Positions 9,755 through 20,800 of a stretch of 64,000 nt of DNA are shown one piece after another. The DNA lies in the NCBI GenBank assembly GCA_965277285.1, contig OZ255721.1:1568001-1632000 (forward strand), in the 5' to 3' direction. Within the stretch, counting starts at the first letter, position 1, and each line of letters opens with the position of its first letter. The notes beneath the pieces are model-generated. The model searched no databases, was not told the origin of the DNA, and saw only the letters and a program-made list of their open reading frames with translations. The translations under genes and the position numbers were made by a program. The DNA comes from Abditibacteriaceae bacterium. GTDB lineage: Bacteria; Armatimonadota; Abditibacteriia; Abditibacteriales; Abditibacteriaceae.

Positions 9755-11338
9755 TTATTCAGCGCCGACGCCCAGATAAGTGCGCAGTTTTTGCGATTCA
9801 AACTTCGCTTCGGCTTCGCGGTCGGGCGACAAAAGCGAAACGATGATTCCCGCTGCAAAAGCGCACGGCATCGAGATCAGCGTCGGGTTGAGCCACGGAA
9901 AAATCGCGCTCGGATTGTGTAGCAAATCTTTCCAAACCGTTGGGCTGAGAACAATGAGAAGAACCGCGACGACAAGGCCAGTCACAATTGACGCGACCGC
10001 GCCCGCCGTGGAAAGTTTGCGCCAGAAAATCGACAAAAGCAGTGCGGGGAAGTTCGCGCTGGCCGCGACCGCAAACGCCAATCCCACCAGAAACGCCACG
10101 TTTTGTTTCTCGAAAAGCAAGCCAAGCCCAATCGCCATCACGCCTAAAACAATGGTCGCGCCTTTGGCGACGCGCACTTCTTCGGCTTCATTCGATTGGC
10201 CCTGACGAATCACGCCCGCATACAAATCGTGCGAAATCGCGGACGCGCCCGCGAGTGTCAGTCCCGCGACAACCGCTAAAATCGTTGCAAACGCGACCGC
10301 CGCCAAAAATCCCAGCAGAGCGCCGCCGCCCAGGTTTTCGGCCAGCAGCATCGCCGCCATGTTGCCGCCTTTGCCGACTTTGCCGATCAGTTCCTTGCCG
10401 ACCAGAACCGCCGCGCCAAAGCCGATGGTAAAGGTCAGAATGTAGAAATATCCGATGAAACCAGTCGCTACGAAAACGCTTTTGCGCGCTTGCTTGGCGT
10501 CGGGAACCGTGTAAAAACGCATCAAAATATGCGGCAAACCCGCCGTGCCAAACATCAGGCCAATCGAAAGTGACAGCAAATCCCAATGATTGGTGGCGAC
10601 TTTCGCGCTGACCTTAGGAAACGTGAAAGCCGCGCCATATTTGGCCTGCGCCGCATCGAACAAAGCGCCATAACTCCAGCCGAACTTCGACAAAATCAAA
10701 ATGACAAGCAGCGTCGCGCCGCCCAAAAGCAGCACGGCTTTGATGATTTGCACCCACGTCGTCGCCAGCATTCCGCCGAACAAGACATACAAAACCATCA
10801 ACACGCCGACGATCAGCAACGCATCGTTGTAAGGCAAGCCGAACATCAATTTGATGAGCCCGCCCGCGCCGACCATTTGCGCGATCAGGTAAAACAACAC
10901 GGTGACAATCGAAGAAATGGCCGCAGCGGTGCGAATCGGGCGCACTTTCAAGCGATAGGCGACGACATCGGCGAAGGTATATTTGCCCAAGTTGCGCAAC
11001 GGTTCGGCGATGAGAAACATCACAATCGGCCAGCCGACGAGATAGCCGACGCTGTAAATCAAGCCGTCATAACCGCCGGTTGCCACATAACCGGCGATGC
11101 CCAGGAAACTGGCGGCGCTCATAAAGTCTCCGGCGAGTGCCAGACCGTTTTGAAAACCGGAAATGCTGCGGTCGGCTGCATAAAACTCGCTGGAGGTTTT
11201 CGTCTTTTTGGCCGCCCAGTAAGTGATTCCCAGCGTGACCAGAACAAACAAAAAGAAGAACGTGATCGCCAGATTATTGCGCTCGCCGCTGCCAATGACA
11301 GTGGCCGCATTGTTGACATTGTTTGCGACGGAAGGCAT
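9755..11338 (-). CDS. actP: Cation/acetate symporter ActP (SSS family)
   Basis: NGLALAGDFMSAASFLG, GTAGLPHILMRFYTVPDAKQARKS; paired with DUF485 gene. Confidence 0.92.
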   Translation of the reverse strand: MPSVANNVNNAATVIGSGERNNLAITFFFLFVLVTLGITYWAAKKTKTSSEFYAADRSISGFQNGLALAGDFMSAASFLGIAGYVATGGYDGLIYSVGYLVGWPIVMFLIAEPLRNLGKYTFADVVAYRLKVRPIRTAAAISSIVTVLFYLIAQMVGAGGLIKLMFGLPYNDALLIVGVLMVLYVLFGGMLATTWVQIIKAVLLLGGATLLVILILSKFGWSYGALFDAAQAKYGAAFTFPKVSAKVATNHWDLLSLSIGLMFGTAGLPHILMRFYTVPDAKQARKSVFVATGFIGYFYILTFTIGFGAAVLVGKELIGKVGKGGNMAAMLLAENLGGGALLGFLAAVAFATILAVVAGLTLAGASAISHDLYAGVIRQGQSNEAEEVRVAKGATIVLGVMAIGLGLLFEKQNVAFLVGLAFAVAASANFPALLLSIFWRKLSTAGAVASIVTGLVVAVLLIVLSPTVWKDLLHNPSAIFPWLNPTLISMPCAFAAGIIVSLLSPDREAEAKFESQKLRTYLGVGAE

Positions 11339-11458
11339 ACATTTCCTTTGGTGGTGAGAATATCGAGTACTCGATTGCGAACGTTGAAAACGAACCCCGA
11401 GCGTAAGCGACGGGTAAAAAGTAAGAGTTACCTGTAATTGATAATTTTCACCCGTCGC

Positions 11459-11794
11459 TTACGCTTCGGGTTCGTTGGTGTCGGGTTGATTGACATTCAT
11501 TTTGGCTTTGACTTGCTCGACCAGCGCGTCATACTGCGAGTTGGCCCAGCGCACATAAAGGCCAGTTAAAATCCAGGCCAGCAGAATCACGCCGATGCCC
11601 AGCGGAATGCCACGATTGATGCTGCCCGAAAAGCTTTGTCCCAGCCATGCGCTGTGCCAGCCGAGCAGAACCACAAAACCATAAAACACCGTCAGCGTGA
11701 TAACCGTAAGAACGAGGGAAATGCGGTTTTTGCTCTGCGCCAATCGTTGAAAATCGGGGTCGCGCAAAACTTCTTCGGGCGAGATTTGTGGCAT
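11459..11794 (-). CDS. DUF485/YjcH membrane protein, ActP partner
   Basis: Two TM helices, YVRWAN motif, directly upstream of actP; ATG 11794. Confidence 0.85.
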   Translation of the reverse strand: MPQISPEEVLRDPDFQRLAQSKNRISLVLTVITLTVFYGFVVLLGWHSAWLGQSFSGSINRGIPLGIGVILLAWILTGLYVRWANSQYDALVEQVKAKMNVNQPDTNEPEA

Positions 11795-11877
11795 CGTGGC
11801 TCCTGATAAAATGGAAATCAGGTTGATGTTATCACACCGTTTGCCTAATCGCTTTCGCAACGATATTGAGTACTCGA

Positions 11878-12504
11878 ATGATATTTCCAACTGCACCGAA
11901 ACCTTCGCCAACGCAACCAAAGCTATCAAAGCGCCTACGCGCACTTTCGGCTTGCGTCGCACTGGGAACAGCAATCGCGCTTGGCTTGGGACATCAGCAC
12001 GATCCAAGTTTTCTCAACGGCGCTCTTTCGCAAGTGCCGCTTGTCCGCGATTTCTTTGCCGTCGCCCCAGCCAAGCGACCTTATGGCATGGCGCCACAAG
12101 CGTTCGCGGCGTATTTGCGCGCCTGCAAAACCGCGAATATCGACCCATTTCGCATCGGTCAAACTATTGGCGATGATCCGCGTTCAGTCGGTTATCATAG
12201 GCGCGACGGCGTGTTGAAAATTGGCGGCGAAAACATCGAATACTGCGCGGCGGTTGATCTGGCGGTTTTCGGTTTGAATGGGCCGCAAATCACGCAGTTT
12301 CAAAATGCATTGGCGCAAGAAGGTTTCGCCAGTTTTTATCGTCATGAAGGCAAGTGGGCGGGCGATGAACATATTCACGCGATTTACGGGCGTTTGAAAA
12401 TGAAGCCGCAACTGGCAGGACAAACGCGCGATTGGCTGCGCACACGTCACAAGCAAAACTTGCCGCATTTGCCGTGGGAAAATCAGTTTCGCGCGTTGAA
12501 CTGA
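11878..12504 (+). CDS. Exported hypothetical protein, possible M15-like Zn peptidase fold
   Basis: Hydrophobic N-terminal segment; SVGYH..D, AAVDL, EHIH pattern; start uncertain. Confidence 0.5.
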   Translation: MIFPTAPKPSPTQPKLSKRLRALSACVALGTAIALGLGHQHDPSFLNGALSQVPLVRDFFAVAPAKRPYGMAPQAFAAYLRACKTANIDPFRIGQTIGDDPRSVGYHRRDGVLKIGGENIEYCAAVDLAVFGLNGPQITQFQNALAQEGFASFYRHEGKWAGDEHIHAIYGRLKMKPQLAGQTRDWLRTRHKQNLPHLPWENQFRALN

Positions 12505-12568
12505 ACTGTGAGTACTCGATAACGAACCAGTTTTATATTGAACTGGTCGCGCGTTTGTTCTTCCCGTT

Positions 12569-13567
12569 GTGGCAGCAATGAATTTTATGGTGTTGACACG
12601 ACGAGTAGCGCACGCCGAGACACGGAACTTATTTAATATGCGAACTGCTAATATGCGAACTGAAGACTTTTTTCGATCCAAGATTTTTACGGCACCTTTG
12701 ACGGCTTCGGCGTGCGCATTTTGCGTGATGGTTTTCCTCGCGCTGAACTTATCGAGCGACAAGTCGTGGGCGGCAGCCGCACATTGGGGTTATTTTCCCG
12801 ACCGTGTGGTTTGGGAAGGTCAGCCGTGGGCGCTCGTCACCTCGGTTTTTGTGCATTTGGAAATCTGGCACATCGCGTTCAATGTTTACTGGTTGTGGCT
12901 TTTGGGCAGCGTGTTGGAAGAAAGTATCGGTTCGCTGCGCTTTGCGTTGTTCTTCGTCGCAGCGGCCTGGGTCAGTTCCGCCGCCCAATTGCTGATGACC
13001 GGAAATATGGGCATCGGAGTATCGGGCGTGGTCTATGCGTTGTTCGGTTTTGGCTGGGTCGCGCGCCACAAAATGCCGCAATTCAAGGCGATTCTGAACG
13101 ATCAAACTGTACAGGTATTTCTGGTGTGGTTGGTTTTCTGCGTTGTGCTGACCAAACTGGGCGTGATGCAAGTCGGGAACTGGGCGCATGGGTTTGGGCT
13201 GGCGTTCGGCGTCGCGGTCGGCGGGCTTTTCGTCCTCCGCTGGCGTCCGTTAGTTTCCGCACTCGGTCTGATTGTGTTGCTCGGCGGTTCAATTCTTCCA
13301 CTGAAATGGTGCCCTTTGTCGCCGGATTGGACGGCTATTCAAGCGAATAATGCGCGGGAGCGCGGCGACTATCAGCAGGCAATTTATTGGTATCATCGTT
13401 ATCTGAACGAAGGCACGGATGAATCGTGGGCGTGGTCGAACCTGGCGGAACTTTACGGCGCGCACGGCGATAAAACTGAATTTAAGGTCGCAGTGAAAAA
13501 ATTGCGCAACACCGATGGAAAGGCTGCCGATGAAATCGAAGCGGAATACGGAAAGTCATCTAACTGA
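12569..13567 (+). CDS. Rhomboid intramembrane serine protease with C-terminal TPR-like region
   Basis: FVH..HIAFN, GVSG, NWAHGFG; true start probably 12638 or 12653. Confidence 0.88.
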   Translation: MAAMNFMVLTRRVAHAETRNLFNMRTANMRTEDFFRSKIFTAPLTASACAFCVMVFLALNLSSDKSWAAAAHWGYFPDRVVWEGQPWALVTSVFVHLEIWHIAFNVYWLWLLGSVLEESIGSLRFALFFVAAAWVSSAAQLLMTGNMGIGVSGVVYALFGFGWVARHKMPQFKAILNDQTVQVFLVWLVFCVVLTKLGVMQVGNWAHGFGLAFGVAVGGLFVLRWRPLVSALGLIVLLGGSILPLKWCPLSPDWTAIQANNARERGDYQQAIYWYHRYLNEGTDESWAWSNLAELYGAHGDKTEFKVAVKKLRNTDGKAADEIEAEYGKSSN

Positions 13568-13743
13568 ATGGTTGCGCCCAAATTTCGCAATCGAGTACTC
13601 GAACTTAATTAACTCGCGTTACTAACCTTGGCTTGAAGGATCGAAAAGTGTCATTCCGAGCGAAGTCGAGGAATGACACGCTGTTTTGGCGCTCTTCTAA
13701 ATCAAAACGATAGACGGCAACTTGGGTTAATTCAAATTTTCTT

Positions 13744-14094
13744 ATGCCAACGATTCAAGCCAACTTCGCGGATAAAGCGGCAGCCGAACAAGCGCGCACC
13801 AGGTTGATTGAGGCTGGTGTTGCCAATGGCCGAATTCACATCTGGAACAACATTGCGGACGATGCGCCGTTTGCGGCCAACCGCGACGATGCGGCGGAAG
13901 GTGGCGCTTTGATCGGTGGTTTGTTGGGCGGCGTCGCGGGTTTGGCAGCGGGTGCAGCGATTGGCTCGACGTATGAAGGCGAGGCGTCGCACGTTGCATC
14001 TTCTGGTGTGCGATTGGTGGTCGAGGTTCAGAACGGCGATCTTGATGTCGCAACGTTGTTGCGCGAAAATGGCGCGTTGAATGTGCAGCTGTAA
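13744..14094 (+). CDS. Small hypothetical protein with glycine-zipper
   Basis: GALIGGLLGGVAGLAAGAAIG. Confidence 0.6.
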   Translation: MPTIQANFADKAAAEQARTRLIEAGVANGRIHIWNNIADDAPFAANRDDAAEGGALIGGLLGGVAGLAAGAAIGSTYEGEASHVASSGVRLVVEVQNGDLDVATLLRENGALNVQL

Positions 14095-14209
14095 ATTTTC
14101 CTTTATTGCGGGCACCAAGTGTTAGAAAGTTCCCACGACGCGGAACATCGAAAGAAAAGTGTTGGCGGTTCGAGTGTTCATTCCATAGCGCTATACTGGT
14201 GCGACTGCG

Positions 14210-15937
14210 TTGCTGTTGATGAGGGCGACGCAGTTTTTGTCCGTTTTCGGTTTGAATGTTATGACCAATACAACGCGTCGCCATGTTTCCGAGAATAATG
14301 GCGTTCGCTTTCATATAACGGTTTCTCGTGGTTGCATTGCAATGGCGTTGTTGCTGGCGCTGGTCGGCATTTTTTATCGTTTTGCCGCTCTCGACCGCAA
14401 AATTTTCTGGCATGACGAGGTTTATACAGCGATTTACCTGTCGGGCTACAAAACCGGTACCGTTTTAGGAAGCCTGACTTCAGGTCAGCCTGTCGATAGA
14501 AATCAGGTTCTCGTTTATCAACGATTGCATCCCGAGCGGACTTTAGGTGACGCGCTGCAATCGTTGCGCGATCACGATCCGCATCATCCGCCGCTTTATT
14601 ATGCCGCGTTGTGGGTTTGGGCGCGGCTTTTCGGCGCTTCGACGTGGTGGCTGCGCGCTTTTTCTGCACTGTGTGGCGTGCTCGCTTTGCCGGCCTTCGC
14701 ATGGTGGTGCCGCGAACTCTTCGATTCACGACGCGCCCTGTGGATTGGCCTGGCGTTAATGGCGGTTTCACCGTTTCACGTTTTGTATTCGCAGGAAGCG
14801 CGGCCTTACTCGATCTGGGCGCTGGCGACATGTGTTTCGTGCGCGGCTTTGTTGCGCGCACAACGCACACAAAAAACGCGCGATTGGTCACTTTATTGTT
14901 TGTCGCTGCTCTTCGGATTATGGACGCATCTCTTATTTGGGCTGGTCGTCGTGGCGCATATTCTGTGGATGGTTTCGACTTCCAACCGCACTGCGGACGC
15001 GCGCGACGACCATCGAGTACTCGATGCTGCCGCATCTCGGGAGAAACTCTTGAAAAAAAAGCGTTTCGCCTTTTGCCTGTGCGCAGCGTTTGTCTTGTAC
15101 ACGCCGTTTTTGATTTCTCTATTGCAGGGGCGTCAAACGGCGCAAGAGCATTTGGCGTGGGTGACGCATGGTACAGGAATCGCTGGTCGGGTTCAAAGCT
15201 GGACGGCTAATTTCGGCGTGGCGTTTTTCGATCCGCGCTCACAGATTTGGCAAGCCTTTGCGTCGCGCTTTATCGTCGCTGTTTTTGCAATGGGCGCTCT
15301 TGTGTGGACAATACGCCGCGCGCCACGTCCGACAGCGATGTTTGTTGCCTCGCTTTTCCTTTGTTCATTGCTGCCGTTCGTGCTACTTGATGTGCGATAC
15401 GGAGGGAAAAGTTCGCAGGTCGTGCGTTTTCTGGTGCCCGCGATTCTGGCGCTCCAACTGGCAGCGGTTTTCTTGATTGTTCAGCTTTCAGAGATGGCGC
15501 GCTGGCGTAACTTGTCCCTGGCACTGATGTTTGTGTTGATAAGCGGCGGTCTGGTTTCATGCGAAGCGAGTCGTCGCAGTTCCGCTTGGTGGATCAAGGC
15601 CGACCCTGCCAGGATTCCTGATGCTGTGCGTCTGGCAAATGGTTCGGCGAGTCCCTTGTTCATCGTCAATAAAAATACGATAAACCTGGGGTATTTCATG
15701 GCTTTGACGCGCGCTCTGCCGCCCCAGTCGCGCACTTTGCTGCTGACACGCGAAACAGAACCGATACCGATAGGCTTTGCCAATTTTTATGTTTTCGCGC
15801 CTTCATTCACGCTGCAACATGCCTTGCAAGCGTCGGGTTACTCGCTGCGCCTTCTCGATCCAAGCGGCTGGAACGAGATAATTTCAACTTCGCATCGCGC
15901 ACTCAAAGTGGCAACCGCCGCTCAAACCAGCCCGTAA
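14210..15937 (+). CDS. Membrane glycosyltransferase, GT-C (GT39/PMT-like)
   Basis: FWHDE, HPPLYY, YSQEARPYS, many TM helices; start uncertain. Confidence 0.85.
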   Translation: MLLMRATQFLSVFGLNVMTNTTRRHVSENNGVRFHITVSRGCIAMALLLALVGIFYRFAALDRKIFWHDEVYTAIYLSGYKTGTVLGSLTSGQPVDRNQVLVYQRLHPERTLGDALQSLRDHDPHHPPLYYAALWVWARLFGASTWWLRAFSALCGVLALPAFAWWCRELFDSRRALWIGLALMAVSPFHVLYSQEARPYSIWALATCVSCAALLRAQRTQKTRDWSLYCLSLLFGLWTHLLFGLVVVAHILWMVSTSNRTADARDDHRVLDAAASREKLLKKKRFAFCLCAAFVLYTPFLISLLQGRQTAQEHLAWVTHGTGIAGRVQSWTANFGVAFFDPRSQIWQAFASRFIVAVFAMGALVWTIRRAPRPTAMFVASLFLCSLLPFVLLDVRYGGKSSQVVRFLVPAILALQLAAVFLIVQLSEMARWRNLSLALMFVLISGGLVSCEASRRSSAWWIKADPARIPDAVRLANGSASPLFIVNKNTINLGYFMALTRALPPQSRTLLLTRETEPIPIGFANFYVFAPSFTLQHALQASGYSLRLLDPSGWNEIISTSHRALKVATAAQTSP

Positions 15938-15953
15938 CAAATCGCCGAATTAT

Positions 15954-17765
15954 TTACGCGAGTTTTGGCGGAGTCCAATTGCGCCAGCTTCCCAGTTCCG
16001 TAATGTCTTGCGCATCGCGCGTGGCAATCGCTTCGCAGACGAAACCTTGCACCGTCGTGCCGTCTTCCAATTGAACGGTTCCAATCCCCAAAGGCGCGGG
16101 AATGCCCGCCACAAAACTGCCGTAAGCCATGGTTGGAACGCTCCACACTTCCACTTCGATCGCAGCACCACCTTCGGGCACGCGCACTAAACCAGGACGA
16201 AATGGCGGGCCGCCCTTGAGCGCATAAAAACGATAAACCGGCGCCGTGCGCGTCTGGCTGACCAATTTCGCGCCGCGCTCCGTCAATTGCGTATTCAAAG
16301 GAAAACCGCTCATGTGCGCGCCGCAAACCGCCACCGAAATCGCACCTTTCCACGGCAAAATCGCAGATCGAGTACTCGAATCAAGTACGTCGCTTGTGAA
16401 AAACGCTGTCGCGCCCAGTGTGAAATTTTGCATCTTCTGCCAGCGCGTTCCGAAGCGCAAAAGCGGCACATCTTGATGCGCAGGCGCGAAAATCGTCACG
16501 CCAAAGGGCACGCCATTTTCGCCGAAACCGGCAGGCAAAGCGAGCGCGCTGTAATCGAGCAGATTCATAAAGTTGGTGTAATAACCAAGCTTGGTGTTGA
16601 GCTTGATCGGTTCGGCCTGCATTTCTTCAATCGTGTAAGCGCGCCCGATGGTCGGCGTTAAAATCGCGTCGACTTCCTTCCAGGCTGCGTCACATTTTCG
16701 TTTGAGAGCCGCAAGTTTTTCGATTGCGGCGAAAACGTCCACTGCCGAAAAGTTCTGTCCGCGACTGATAACCTCGCGCGTCACCGGCAACAAAGCTTCT
16801 GGCTGCGCTTGCAAAAGTTCCTGCACCACGCGAAAACGTTCCGCGACCCACGGGCCGTCATACAAAAACTGCGCGGCTTCTACAAACGGCGCGAAATCAA
16901 TTTCGACGATTTGAGCGCCAAGTTCTTTTGCTTGAACTTGCGCCTGCGCGAAACGCTGCGCTGAAATTTCATCGCCGAAGAATTGCAGGCTCGCTGCATC
17001 GGGAACGCCCAGTTTCCAATTGGGCAATGATGAAAAATCAAGGCCATTCGTTATGCTCGCGCGCGCATAAGAATCTTGCGCATCGAGTACTCGAATCACG
17101 TCGAAAACGGTTTCGGCATCGTGCGAAGTCAGCGCGAAAACCGAAACCGTATCGAGCGAACGACAGGCCGGAACGACGCCACGCATACTGACGACACCAC
17201 GCGTCGGCTTCAAACCAACGATGTTGTTGAGCGCAGCGGGCACGCGCCCCGAACCGGCGGTATCAGTTCCCAAAGCGAAACTGACAATGCCCGACGCGAC
17301 GGCAACCGCGGAACCGCTGCTCGAACCGCCCGCGATATAATCAGGATTAAGCGCGTTGTGGCAAACGCCATACGGCGAACGCGTGCCGTTCAAGCCGGTC
17401 GCAAATTGGTCGAGATTGGTTTTCCCGATCACAATCGCGCCGGCTTCGCGCAGCAAACGAACGGCTTCAGCGTCTTTGTCGGGATTGTAAGAATAAGCCG
17501 CGCATCCAGCAGTTGTCGGCAAACCCATTACGTCGATATTGTCTTTGACGGCGAACGGCACGCCATAAAGCGGCAGATCGGTTTTGCCTTCCAACGCTTG
17601 AACTTGCGACAAAATCATTTCGCGCGAAGCCAGACAAATCCACACGCCATCGGGAGCGTTTTGCGCGGCATCGAGTACTCGAAAGAGCAAATCTTCAGGC
17701 GTGAGAGTGCCATTTTTGTAAGCGTTTTGTAATGAAGCGATATTCAGCAGCGGCAAATTATTCAT
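15954..17765 (-). CDS. atzF: Allophanate hydrolase
   Basis: AVKDNID, GKTNLDQFATGLNGTRSPYG, GGSSSGSA, GTDTAGSGRVPA, C-terminal AVCGAHMSG domain. Confidence 0.95.
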   Translation of the reverse strand: MNNLPLLNIASLQNAYKNGTLTPEDLLFRVLDAAQNAPDGVWICLASREMILSQVQALEGKTDLPLYGVPFAVKDNIDVMGLPTTAGCAAYSYNPDKDAEAVRLLREAGAIVIGKTNLDQFATGLNGTRSPYGVCHNALNPDYIAGGSSSGSAVAVASGIVSFALGTDTAGSGRVPAALNNIVGLKPTRGVVSMRGVVPACRSLDTVSVFALTSHDAETVFDVIRVLDAQDSYARASITNGLDFSSLPNWKLGVPDAASLQFFGDEISAQRFAQAQVQAKELGAQIVEIDFAPFVEAAQFLYDGPWVAERFRVVQELLQAQPEALLPVTREVISRGQNFSAVDVFAAIEKLAALKRKCDAAWKEVDAILTPTIGRAYTIEEMQAEPIKLNTKLGYYTNFMNLLDYSALALPAGFGENGVPFGVTIFAPAHQDVPLLRFGTRWQKMQNFTLGATAFFTSDVLDSSTRSAILPWKGAISVAVCGAHMSGFPLNTQLTERGAKLVSQTRTAPVYRFYALKGGPPFRPGLVRVPEGGAAIEVEVWSVPTMAYGSFVAGIPAPLGIGTVQLEDGTTVQGFVCEAIATRDAQDITELGSWRNWTPPKLA

Positions 17766-17843
17766 AGAGTGTTCCGTAGGGGCGAGGCGCTGCCTTGCCC
17801 GTTTGGTTGTGAAACGTAATCAGGGCGAGGCAGCGCCCCGCCC

Positions 17844-20800
17844 CTACGCGGGTTGCACGACGGCCAATTGCTGACCTGTCGAAACCATTTGGCTTTCGCT
17901 GCAAGCCAGGCGATGTACAACGCCATCGCACGGCGACTGAAGCGCAAACTCGGTCTTCATAATTTCGATGATCAGCAAAACGTCGTCTTTGCGCACCTCG
18001 TCGCCTTCCTGGACATTGATTTTCCACACCACGCCCGAAGTCGGCGCGTTCACGGCTAAGGCACCCGGCGGCATTTCCACATCTTCGGGCGGCGCGGTGG
18101 AAGAATCGGCTTCGGACACGTACTCCGCTTGCCCATTGATGCGCCATTGTTCGCGCTCAGCCTCAAAGGCGGATTGCTGCGTCGCTTTGAACGCTGCAAT
18201 AGAATCAGCGTTCTGGGCCAGAAAATGATGATAATCGTTCAGCCGAAAAACGGTTTCTTCGACTTGCAAATTAAATCTTCCAGCGCGGAAATCTTCACGC
18301 ATTTCCAGCAATTCGTCGGCTGCGACCGGATAATAGCGGACTTGATCGAAGAAGCGTAACAGCCACGGCTTGCCGTCTTTGAAGTCTTGCGTGCTGCGAT
18401 ACGTGTTCCAGATCGGCAGCGTGCGCCCGACGAGCTGATAACCGCCTGGCCCTTCCAGACCGTAAATGCACATATAAGCGCCGCCGATGCCGACCGCACT
18501 TTGCGGCGTCCAGGTACGCGCCGGATTGTATTTGGTCGTCACCAAACGATGACGCGGATCGAGCGGCGTGGCAACGGGCGCGCCTAAATAAACATCACCT
18601 AAACCAAGAACGAGATAATTGGCATCGAAGACGATGCGACGCACTTCTTCGATGCTTTCCAGGCCGTTGATGCGACGAATAAATTCGATGTTGCGGGGGC
18701 ACCACGGCGCGTCGGCGCGCACCGATTGCTGATATTTTTGAATCGCCAAGCGAACGCTTGGGTCGTCCCACGACAGCGGCAAATGAACGATGCGCGTCGG
18801 TACTTCCAAGTCGTCCAGATTGGAAAGTTGGGTTTCGCCCTGGCGCAGCAAATCGAGAATCGTGGCGCGCGAAATTGTGCGCGTATCGAAGTGAATTTGC
18901 AGCGAACGAATGCCCGGCGTCAAATCGACGATGCCGGAAATCTTCTGCGCTTGCAGCCACGTCATCAGCGCGTGAACGCGAAAGCGCAAATCCAAATCGA
19001 GCACAACCGGCCCATATTCCACCAACACGTAACCATCGCCCGCCTGACGATAAACGACTTGAGGACTTTTTTGCGTCGCGTCGTGCGCTTCCAAAATCGC
19101 ATTCGCAGGCGCGACAGGAACCAACGGCGGCAATCGAGTACTCGATGAATTCAGTTGTGCGAACTGCGCGTCTTGCAGCATGCGGCGCTCGGCGGATTCC
19201 GCGACATCAATCGGCACGAAGCGAATGCGGTCGCCAGGTCGCAGTTGCCCGACTTTCCACAACTCGGCTTCGACCACAACAACGGGACACACGAAACCGC
19301 CCAGACTCGGCCCGTCGGGGCCAAGAATAACTGGCGTGTCGCCCGTAAAATCGACCGAACCAATCGCATACGCGTTGTCGTGAAGGTTCGACGGATGCAA
19401 ACCCGCTTCGCCGCCATCGGTTCGCGCCCAGACGGGTTTTGGCCCAACCAGACGAACGCCGGTGCGACTCGAGTTGTAATGCACTTCCCACGACGCCGTA
19501 AAAAACGTTTCGATGTCTTCCGGCGTGAAAAAATCGGGCGCGCCGTGCGGCCCATACAAAACGCCGATTTCCCATTCATGCGAATATTGCGGCACGATTT
19601 CCGGCGGCGCGTGGCGCTCTTCATCGAGTACTCGATTCTGTGAAGAAACCGGCAGCACATCGCCAACGCGAAGCGCGCGTCCCGCGTGTCCGCCAAAGTT
19701 TCCCAGCGAAAACGTTGAGCGGCTGCCCAGATATTGCGGCACTGCGATGCCACCCGCAACGGCTAAATAAGTTCGTGCGCCCGCGCCGCTAATGGCGCCC
19801 ATTTTGAGGCGGCTTCCGGCGGCAACGTGATGCGAACGCCACATTTTCAACGACTCGCCGTCCAGCGTCGCGTTCATGTCGGCGCCCGCCAAAGCGATAA
19901 TTGTCGCGTGGCGAAAAAGCAGCGTCGGACCGACCATCGCGCATTCCAGAGCGGCTTCGCCTTCCTCATTTCCGACCAGGCGATTCGCCAAACGCAGCGC
20001 GAAATCGTCCATCGGGCCGGACGGCGGCACGCCGACATCCCAATATCCCAAACGTCCCGGCCAGTCTTGCACCGTGGTTTGAACGCCCGCTTCAATGACT
20101 TCCAGCCCGCGCATCGCGTACTCGAAATGCGAAAGGTAGGAAGTCGTCTGGCGCCCTTTGCGGAACGTTTGGTCGGCGATAATCTGGCGTAGATATTCCA
20201 GATTGGTTTCGATGCCCGCGATTTTGGTTTCGGCCAACGCTTTTTGCAACGCCGCGACAGCGCCGTCGCGGTCGTCGGCCTTGACGATGATCTTGGCCAG
20301 CATCGGGTCATAAAATGGCGAGACTTCCGTGCCGCTTTCGACCCAGGTTTCGATACGCGCGTTTGGAGAAAATTCGACTTGCGTCAAAAGTCCCACACTG
20401 GGTTGGAAATCTTTGGCCGGGTCTTCGGCGTACAAACGAACTTGCATCGAATGGCCATGCAATTGAGGCGTTTCGCGTACTCGAAGTTCATCGGCGGCCA
20501 GGCGCACCATCCACTCGACCAAATCGACGCCAGTCACTTCTTCGGTGACGCCGTGCTCGACCTGCAAACGCGTGTTGACTTCTAAAAAATAAAACTCACC
20601 GGAATCGTCATCCAGCACAAACTCGACGGTTCCCGCGTTGCGATAATTGACAGCTTTGGCCAATCGTAAAGCTGCGTCGGTGATCTGGGCGCGCTGTTGC
20701 GGCGAAAAATGCGGCGCGGGCGTTTCTTCGATGACTTTCTGGTTGCGTCTCTGCACGCTGCAATCGCGCTCGCCCAGCGCGACGACATCGCCCCGACCGT

